Part shown: piece after piece, positions 54,728 through 64,000 of the stretch
How the letters are laid out: each line of letters begins with the position of its first letter
Numbering within the stretch: the first letter of the stretch is position 1
NCBI GenBank assembly: GCA_965285935.1
Contig: OZ260664.1
Location: 66,960,001-67,024,000, forward strand
Reading direction: 5' to 3'
Source: Ophelia neglecta
Taxonomy: Eukaryota
Length of the DNA: 64,000 nt
Program-made: the position numbers and the translations under genes
Notes under the pieces: generated by a model
Seen by the model: the letters and a program-made list of their open reading frames with translations, nothing else
Told to the model about the DNA's origin: nothing
The model's database searches: none

Positions 54728-55315
54728 GAAAAGGTGACATTGGAAGTAAAAGAACATCTTTGACAAAAGTTGACATTCGAAGTAAAAAGGCATTGTTATG
54801 AAAGTCAGCAATGGCAGTAAAAGAGTATTGTCAACAAAAGTCTGCATTGGCACTAAAAGGGTATTGTTAACAATAGTCTGCATTGGTAGTAAAAGAGTAT
54901 TGACAACAAAAGTCGGCATTGGCAGTAAAAAGGTAATGTTAACAAAAGTCGGCATTGGCAGTAAGAGTATTGATAACAAAAGTCGGCATTGGCAGTAAAA
55001 AGGTAATGTTAACAAAAGTCGGCATTGGCAGTAAGAGTAATGATAACAAAATTAGGCATTGGCAGTAAAAGAGTATTGTCAACAAAATTCAGCATTGGCC
55101 CTAAAAGGGTATTGTCAACAAAAGTCGGCATTGGCAGTAAAAGGGTTTGTTAACTAAAGTTAGCATTGGCAGTAAAAGGGTATTGTCAACAAAAGTCGGC
55201 ATTGGCTGTAAAAAGGTACCTTTGGCAAAAATTGTCATTGTTAGTAAAATGGTATCGTTAACAAAAGTCGGCATTGCCAGAAAAAGGATTCTTGACAAAA
55301 GTCAACATTGGAAGT
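54728..55315. repeat. 36-bp minisatellite, about 16 copies (gtattgtcaacaaaagtcggcattggcagtaaaagg)
   Basis: Directly visible head-to-tail units without spacers. It generates 12-aa periodic ORFs on both strands. Confidence 0.92.
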
Positions 55316-57436
55316 GCAAGAGCAAACTTGGTGAGCATTTGAAAATGTTGATAAGCAAAATATACATGAAGAAACATACTGAATATATGATATGGGGGAG
55401 ATGGCAGTAGAGAAACACTTTATTGGCTTTGAATGGCCTTTCAACATTATCACATTGCACAATAAATAAAACAAATGTGGTAAAACAATCTGGTAACCAA
55501 ACCCAACATTTCATCAGAAAAACCATCTCCATTATTATCTTACAGTTTCACAAAGCATAAAATCGATACATCTCCAGGTGTAAATCAAAGTTAGAATAAC
55601 ACAAGCAGGTAGACAAATTTTGTGTCATTTTCTCTATTTCAATGAAGAATGGGTGCAATAGCAGGCCGTTGTCTGAACAGAGAGCACCCTGTTACCATTA
55701 AGTTGGCATTCTATCAATAATTCAAATAAATGGATCTTCTGCTAGAAATGCTCATTTAATCATTCTTATTATTTTCCACTTTGGATGGTAGACTATGAAG
55801 CTTGCTCCCAAATATGCCCATGTCATGGGAACAGCCTATTAAGTAATTAGGCAAATGAGTATTATAAACAGAACTTATTATTTCAGACATAATTGAGTGC
55901 CAATGTACCACTGTGGCAAAATTAAATATCAAATGTAAAAAAAACCTTTTTTAATGTCAATATATACTGTGAAGTCATTTTGTTTCAGTTTGCCAAAGAT
56001 TTTACTTTCCCAATTTTTTCTTCTAAAGAAGAACCTGACTGCGTTCAAGTGGGTTTGCTGATTATCATGATGTCACAAAACATATGCAACATTTCTGCTG
56101 TGTGAAATCAATAAAATACCCCAAAGAAAATGGAAATTTAACAATTAATTTTGCCTTTCATTATTAATGAATCATCAGCAATTTTTTTGGAATCTGGCCT
56201 GCGCATGTTTGCATTGGTGAATGTGGAGCACCAAGCAATTTCCTAAGGATTTAATTTAACATTGAGGAAAATTCAAAGAGTAAATCCCAAAAATATATAT
56301 TGTGCCACGTGAAAGACTTTTTCTATAAATCATTATATTGCAGAACTTTACAGCATGTGTAGAATGTCACTGAACTTCACATAGATATACTCACTGAAAT
56401 GTCATCCTTTTAAAAGACATGTGGGTAGTTCTAAGCAGGAAAGAAAAGGGCAAATTATACTATTATACTTTAATTATGAAAAAACCTCACCCTTATGATG
56501 TTCAAAATATCACCGCTGACTGTATCTAGACACTCAACAAAATGTCAACTCAAACACCTCGGATGGGTTCAAATGATGTTCATCCACTTCTGCTAGCTGC
56601 ACTGACCATGTCACGGGGGTAATGACAGTGACGCAGCCTTCATAGGATCATTCAGCGCATATAGTAGTGCCATGGCTACAGCCACACCTGAAAAAGAATG
56701 TAACAACTGAGTGAGGACACCCTTCTCATTGTGAAAGACTGCCATGACACTCCTCCAAAATGAAATGTTTTCATTGTAATGTGTATAATCATGATTCTGC
56801 ATGATGAAAACTTACATCAAGTGGCAAGGACCATTCTCAACAAGATTTGCATGTCTCAGGATAATTATGTAGAGATTTTCTTCACTGACATGATCTTAAT
56901 TGGGCAATCATCACCACCCTGTCATGGGGTGAGTGGAGCTTAAATTGAAAAAACAGCAAATTTCCTGAACCCAATGCTTGACTGGAGCTGTAGGTGTGTG
57001 TATAGTCAGCCATTTTTCACCATCAAATCCTACTTTATTTTACCCCTGACAATCATTGACACAAAAACAGGACATTGCTTTGATCTTTGGATGTGCCACA
57101 ATAAACAACATGCAGTTAAAAGCTACAAGTACATCATCCTGATGAAGATATCAATGTCAGAAATAACTGGCAAGACAGCAATATGTATTGCTTACAAATC
57201 ATCAGAAGAATTACTGGACTGCATTGGTAGAAGCAAATTGATTTTTTTTATCAGACATGAAAATTAAATAATGCTAAATGCACATTAAAAATTTTCTTCA
57301 TGTGGGTATTCATTTATTGAAAAAAAAACCAGTGAGCCAATCAGGATAACTCTGAGAGAGATAATTAACTGGATTTAATAAAGTTGCCTGACTGCCTGGT
57401 TGAATTCACAAGACACAAAGCAGGGCTTTGCTTTAC

Positions 57437-57524
57437 CTGGTCTCATTCCAATCACTGACACAGGACTGGGTATCACCGACACAAACTGCCTGTGGGGACA
57501 CTTCCTGAACCAGTGTAGCGCAAT
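57437..57524 (-). other. Candidate non-coding 5' UTR exon (88 nt) of the protocadherin
   Basis: Strong acceptor tttctttctgttttgtttcag|ATT and donor CAG|gtaaag. The interior is GC-richer than its flanks. Confidence 0.6.
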
Positions 57525-58994
57525 CTGAAACAAAACAGAAAGAAATCAGATTTGCAGATATAACCACTTACAGTTCACACTATGTGAATTAGTACAATAG
57601 GCATCATGATCATTGACCAGGGATCGGGAAGACTGAGCTGTATCACATTATTCCGCAATAAGTCCCTGAGGGTATAACTTAAAACAGTTTCTGCTTTGCC
57701 TAATCATTTCTTAATATTCAGCACAAAATTTTGATAAATGTTTTACTGAAAAACAGCAAGTATTGATAATTGACCAGACTTTCGTCTCATCAGGTGTGAG
57801 CTCAGCAAAAAACTAGCCGTGGGCTACAGTCAGAAGAGACGGGTGTATAATTTTCATTGGGTCCTCGCCTAGGGCACTGAACCCCCTTCTGGGACCATCT
57901 GTAGAAAGAAACAAGCTAGTATTTTCAGAGACATCAGCAGCTCACACAAATATAACAAAAACATTGAAGGTGTCTCAATGAATAATTGCCCCTTTGGCCA
58001 AAAGGTTATCACAATTCTTATCCAGTCCTTGGGCAAATACATGTAATTATATTAACAAAATGTTACAAAAGGTACTTTTAAATATATATCATATCACCTT
58101 CCAATTATGAAATGATGACAAATTTATCCCATTCTATATTAAATTTGGCACCTCGGTAACCTGTATGGTTCAATTTTATCAAACAAAAATACTGACATGT
58201 CAGATTCCATGAGGGCCTCATGACTCAGTGTGTGTTACAAAATGTAAGTTACTGTCAGGAATGTGTTTTATATCAGCAAACTGTTGATATCAGTTGGTTA
58301 CTATATTTATCAAAGTAAAACATTTAAAAGGCTTTGATTTTCTTGCTGATCTGAACGGAGATTCTGTCACTTTTTTATCTAACATAAAACACACCTTTGG
58401 AATGAGCTTAACACTCTTATTCGTTTTGAGTTGAAAATATATCCATAAATTTTCCACCTGACTCACATTTGGTATGTTCTTTGATAAAATGATGACACAA
58501 GTTTAGGTAATTTTGTGAATTTGATCACGATGAACAGTGGCAAAACCTTTGTCATTTCACACCCCATTTCTTGCTAATTAAGGTAGTGTTTCAAATTTAG
58601 AGAAAATTTGGTACAAAATTGCCTGTAATTTTATCCCAGGACTGCACGATGAACACTTATCAGCCACTATATTAGTCATAATTATCATAACATAACACTC
58701 TAGACAACAAGGTGAAGTTTCATGTTGTGTGGCAGCTATAATTTCTAACAATCATTTCAATTTGCCATGGTCAAATGCATATTTCTAAGATGTTGTCTCA
58801 TCACTAGCTATAAATAGCCTTGGTATTAGCAATTCTGACTGCAGCTGTGGTGCTCACTGCACCATACTTTACATACCCTTTGGACTTCCTCAGAAAATAT
58901 TTTTATAAAATAAAGAAAAAAGGAATGTATATGTATCAAAGCTCTTTGAGCATTCCCGGGCAGATATCTCATGGTCAGTATACATGTTACTTAC

Positions 58995-59830
58995 CATGAT
59001 CCGGAATAATTTGAGCCTAAACATTAATGTCGGATTAATCTCTTCATTGGTTGAGATTTAAGAATCCAATGTGCTAGTATCAGAGAAAAAACTTATAGTC
59101 CCCCCCCCCCCCCTACACACCCTTTGCTTTTTTGTTTTACTTTAGGTGATTCATATTATTTCAGTGAGCAACATTCCTTTTCATCATACTGTGTTAAAAC
59201 AGTTCATTCAGTGAAACAACCACAATACTTATTTATATTTAGGTTCTTTGGATGACTGTATAAAAGGCATCGTGTCAATTTTCTATGACGCTGTACCATT
59301 TCTTGCAATTCAATCAATTGCCAATTGGTTCCCGCCGAGAGCTCTCCGCCGAAAAGGTTCGGAGGGCCTTTATTTATCGCTCAGAAATCGTCTCAGAAAC
59401 GAACTGCCCTAAAATTAGAATACATATTATCTTCAGGAATAAATTTTCATTTGCTATTTCATATACATCTGAAATGATGGAAAGTTATTTTCTCCATAGA
59501 AGATCAGTCTTAAAAGTTTCTCTAAAATTAGAAGACTAAATATCAGCGGTAAACATTTCACTGAATTTCTGGATAATGGTAAACTCTCGGCTGGATCTGC
59601 CCGGCCTCGCCCGAGAAGGCGATTCCTCCGGAAACCTCCGTCGGCCGAGCCCGCGAACAGGCAGAGGGCCCGGGGTGACCCGGAAAGGCCTTCTAGTCTT
59701 TCCCATTTGCATCGGAGAGTTCCCCCGGCTAATGGAATGACATTTCTCTCAGCGGAGAGCAATATCCAGAGAGCAGTTGGAATATACCCAAACCCCTAAA
59801 AAACACACCCTACCCTATTCGCGTAGTTTT
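58995..59830 (-). promoter_or_regulatory. CpG-rich putative promoter / first-exon region of the protocadherin, with consensus donor ATG|GTAAGT at 58995
   Basis: Dense CpG/GC island at about 59320-59830 (e.g. ccggcctcgcccgag, gtcggccgagcccgcg) against a CpG-depleted background. The donor lies downstream on the minus strand. The TSS position is not resolved. Confidence 0.55.
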
Positions 59831-59846
59831 GCTCGCTCATGAATAA

Positions 59847-60071
59847 GGCTTTGTGTTAAAGGCGAAAGCAAAAGCTTCGGCGAAAGCCGCATGACCTCTT
59901 AAATTGAGACAATATGAACATAATAATAACCCTACCCTTACCCATTGATATCCAAATAAAAATTGAGATGTCTGGGTTATGCTTGGGTTATAAAATAACT
60001 GATATTTTAGATTATTGTGCCACCAATGCTGCTTTCGCCGAAGCTTTCGCTTTCGCCGTTAACACAAAGCC
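59847..60071. mobile_element. MITE-like element with ~46-bp terminal inverted repeats and an internal CCCTAA-like tract
   Basis: Left end ggctttgtgttaaaggcgaaagcaaaagcttcggcgaaagccgcat versus reverse complement of the right end ggctttgtgttaacggcgaaagcgaaagcttcggcgaaagcagcat (3 mismatches). Interior has taaccctacccttaccc. Confidence 0.8.
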
Positions 60072-60825
60072 CACGGATAAATATGTATAGCCGTGAGTCC
60101 CCCCACCCCACCCCACCCCCCGAGTAAAAAGGGTAGCTTTAATTGTTTTGTTTTTTTGCTCTTAGTTAATACCCAAATAATTATAACATGATTACTGCCA
60201 CCCTAATGTGATGAGAGATTCTGGAGCCCTACTCATATAATATCAGTGACTGTAGGCCATTCCAAATAGTTAAAATGGTAATGTATAATTTGACCATTAA
60301 TCGGGTCTAGGGTTATCTATCTAATAGTCTATATATTATTAATGATCCAGTTGATTGCACCGCCTGCTTTCAAGTTTTGAGCTCCCCAGCCTTGGGTCAG
60401 TTTTTACTACTCTTACTGCCTATACTACTTATATCTTTCATTTCTGACACTTCTTAACATGATAGTGTTCCCGAATGTAAAGGACTACCCAGTCTTTGGT
60501 TTTACTGGAATATTGGGAGTTCTTTAACATGATACTGGGTTTTATTCTTCAGTTGTACATATGCCTAACCCACATTTTTAACATGTTACAAGCTAGTCTG
60601 GTGTTACTTTAAAATATTTTGTTATGGCTAGAAAAGTGCACTGAACCAGGCCCTGGATTGCAAACTTATAAATGTCAATACAAATCCAGAGATATATAGT
60701 ACAATTTGATTCTGGTAATGGAGAAATTTAGCAGACAGACTAAGGTCGTGTCAGCTAGCTGTCGCCTGTGTTTCGGGAGGACAAAAAATCAGGTTCTAGG
60801 ATTTATATGTGATATATATGTACAG

Positions 60826-60843
60826 GTGTGTGTGTGTGTGTGT
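60826..60843. repeat. (GT)n microsatellite
   Basis: gtgtgtgtgtgtgtgtgt. Confidence 0.85.
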
Positions 60844-60974
60844 AAATATATATATGCACGCTAAACCATCATTTGCACTTCATATAGATGAATCCAGTCA
60901 GATCAGGTTTTAAAAATATTAAGATTGTTGGCACTTGATATTTAATTTTATCCAATTTAATCATATACATGTAC

Positions 60975-63900
60975 ACAAGTTTTTTCATGAAATTTTATTC
61001 ACATATGAATTTAAATGACATACAACACATTTCAAGTTTTACATCACAGATACAATGAAAAGGGGTGCTGCAGCAATGAGTATACATAATCTGCTGGCCA
61101 TCTTCACAGTGACATAAACACAATACTACTTCTCATCTTCTACACTACTGAACAATTGGTCTATAACTAAATACTAAAGGACAGGAAAAAAGTTCTCAGT
61201 TAAGAAATCTATTATCAATGAAGTGGATGTAAAAGTTTTAGTTAATGTAGAAAAGGCACCATGTGGGATCAACATTCTCCAGTCAGTGAGTAGATCTGAA
61301 CAGAGCTCATTCAGTCTGTTTAAACATTGTCATGTAGCACGTTAGACATAAATTTCAATTATTCCATTAATCTCTAGATCTAGTCTAAGTCTCTTCTTGA
61401 TCCACAAGTGAGAGGTCTATTTCATTTTTCTCATCTCAAGTCAGTTGCTCTCCATATAGAATGCCAGGTTATGTTCAACTACTAAAATATAATTCGATTT
61501 TATATGGTTAATATATTTTAGTTGAAACAATTTGTTTTATTTGGTCATGTTGATTAAGAACATATCTGGATCATGCCTGTCAGTTGAGTGGAAATAAATG
61601 TAATTAAGTTATTTGGAATTTATACCTTATTCATCATTATATACATTAGCAAAAGGTGAAAAATGTGACCACCATATCAAGTCAATTCTAAAATAATTAA
61701 GTGTCCAGAAAATTGAGGCAAATCTTTTACATTGGCTGAGATAAAAATAAAAACAATTAAATACTGATCTGTTTTTTTCGACTGAGGCTGTTCACCAAAT
61801 ATCGGTAAACCAGAGAATAAAAAGGATTTGGCTCCATCTTTTTAATTGAGGACAATTCAGCAATAGAAAAAAGAATGATGTAGCCTTTTAATCTGATATT
61901 TACAATTATTCCATAAATAGCAACACATGCATGTAATTTATCAAATTTAACATTTACACTTCCATTCACAATTTTCATTTAAAATTCATAAGCACAATAT
62001 TCAGTCTTTTCAATATATTCATTGATAACCTTTTTTTTTCGAATACATTAAGCACAACCCTTGTTTGATGACAATCGCTTAAAAATCATAGTAGTAGTTG
62101 TGTGAGCTTCTTCAGTACAGGTGTGATGAATAAATAATATGGGGTCAGGCTACAAATGAACCATATCTATTGAATAAATGAGGTAAAATAACATAGTGCA
62201 GCTCAGAGCTCTACAAAACATGTACGATTTCTCAGCTAAAATAATAAAGAGATTATTCGGATGACCTGACCTAACATAATTAATGCAAGACCAAATACTA
62301 ACTTAGGTACATAAGTATGTGATACACATTGGTATTTCATGGCACTAGTGCAATTTCAACACAAAATAACAAACATTTTATACCATGACTAGACCCTTAA
62401 CAGTGAATCAAAGTCACATTTGAATTTAACAGATACAAAATATTTTGGACACATAATTGAAAGCCAATAACATACTGGACAGGTTTTGCAAATAGAAGAA
62501 TTATTTTAACAGCCATTTATGATACAGTGTTTGTATTTAAACAGTTACAACAATGACACAATCAATCTCAAACAGCAGTGTCAAATCAGGAAATGATTAC
62601 TTGTGTGCTGGTATATCATAGAAATCAAGCAATGAGAGAACATACTGTAGATTTCATATATACTACAGCTTTCTTCAGCTACCTCAACTGGTAGCAAACC
62701 ATGAAACATGCTACCAAACCATGAAACATGCTGAATATTTTACGTATGATCCTCAAAGTCACAGTAATAAACCTCAGAGGAATTTGAGACAAAAGGCCCA
62801 AGCATCTTATCTTCCTTATAATGTAAAACACTCGCAGATAATATTTACAGTGAAATAAATCAATTAATTCAGTAATTTGTGTCTTTTTTAAATTGGTCTA
62901 AATATATATCTGCGGTAGTGTAACATTTCACTGACTACCATACAAAAATAGGTCAAATCTGTTACGAAGAGGAATAAAAAGTAATGGTTGGACAGACATA
63001 TTTTGGAAACTTTATGTACAACACAGAGAATATTAGTAAGTCACATGTGAATATTCATTTACTGGAATGCTTGTCATCCTTTACACATAGTATATAATAA
63101 CTCTATATTTACTAGTAATAACCGTGACGAGAGATACTACATATATTAATATATGTACATAAATAAATGCTCTCAAATGAAGGACTGCGAAATAACAAAG
63201 AGAACTAGGAAAGGATTATATCTAGTCAAAGACTTACCTATTTTGTAGTTGAAATGACTCTAGGCTTATTGTTTTCTTGTATGGAGGGTATTTACAACTG
63301 GGAAAACTAACATGCAGGGTCGAATAAATAGGTTCAAAATTACTCATTATTTCTGTGGATGTTTACTTCTATGGAGGTTTCTGGTAACTCTACTTGTGGA
63401 AGTTGAACAAAGAGTGTTAATCTTCCACATATATAAAAGTGTGTGCTGGCCTTAGAAGAAACTACATTTCAGTATATAGTAGCACCTGTTCCATAAATTT
63501 AAAACTAAATTACTTTTTTTTATATCCAAAACACCACAAGAATGTTGAAAATTCCAGAAAGTATATAGAGACAATATTAATAGTTGTTCAAAGATACTTG
63601 GCATTTAAAATCTCTCCATCATTATAATGGTATAATAGTATATTAATTTCATATTAACCTTGTTTTCAATTTCAATCACACAGAAAAGGGGAGACATACA
63701 CCAGTGTTTATATTTCCTTATCTTAAGCTAATACTTATGTCATTCCCTCCATCGTTACATTAACCGTTACATTAACCACTTCTACATCAGCTCCATCCAC
63801 CATGACTCCAGTGTTTAGTTTCCATTGTTGTAGCCAGTCTTTCTCTGACAACCTCTTCGAAGGACCCACAAATTTACAATGTCTATAACAGGGCACTGCG

Positions 63901-64000
63901 TCTTTATATAGTTCCATAACAAAGTAAGACAGTAATAATCATGTCTTATTGTGAGCACTTTGAAAATCTTCAAATTTTGTCTTACTTATTTGGTAATTTC
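60975..64000 (-). other. Possible long 3' UTR of a neighbouring minus-strand gene lying beyond the window
   Basis: AT-rich, U-rich on the minus strand, no credible coding exon, and a minus-strand AATAAA at about 60994. Composition resembles the protocadherin's own 3' UTR. Compositional inference only. Confidence 0.3.

Noticed and set aside
54671-55410. 36-bp repeats as a CRISPR array, or their 12-aa periodic ORFs as a protein
   Set aside because: Units are head-to-tail with no unique spacers, there are no cas genes, and the context is eukaryotic. ORFs appear on both strands only because the unit is a multiple of 3, and they are broken by 34-bp units.
57571-57898. Extra UTR exon from the strong acceptor at 57898
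   Set aside because: The only good donor (about 57571) would leave an intron of under 50 nt before the 57524 exon; unresolved.
16000-59000. Numerous 60-150 aa ORFs, including 30062..30505, 41356..41712 and 52888..53259
   Set aside because: Random-like composition, many with non-ATG starts, and no cadherin, reverse transcriptase or transposase motifs.
63735-63917. 60-aa ORF at the window end
   Set aside because: No homology cue or acceptor; contains a short local duplication and looks like UTR.

Overview
Eukaryotic (metazoan, probably marine invertebrate; a lophotrochozoan origin is an inference) AT-rich genomic DNA, dominated by one minus-strand protocadherin gene. The coding sequence reconstructs as three phase-0 exons: 15069-12346 (signal peptide, seven cadherin repeats, TM helix, juxtamembrane tail), 8437-8318 and 7045-6290. 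Together they give about 1199 aa, a 7-EC delta1-like architecture with a CM1-like cytoplasmic motif. Upstream lie about 44 kb of CpG-poor, intron-like sequence containing candidate short non-coding exons, which lead back to a CpG-rich putative promoter at about 59.3-59.85 kb. A second CpG-rich promoter-like region lies at about 1.8-2.6 kb. The window also carries several short non-autonomous DNA-transposon elements (MITEs), a G-quadruplex-type 35-bp minisatellite and a 36-bp minisatellite. No tRNA, rRNA, CRISPR or transposase was recognised, and almost all other ORFs in the track look like noise. I found no clearly new multi-gene system. The best leads concern regulation and isoforms of the protocadherin (uORF/TAATG overlap, internal donor, 12-aa repeat in the tail) and two similarly built MITEs with telomere-like interiors, each beside one of the CpG-rich regions.
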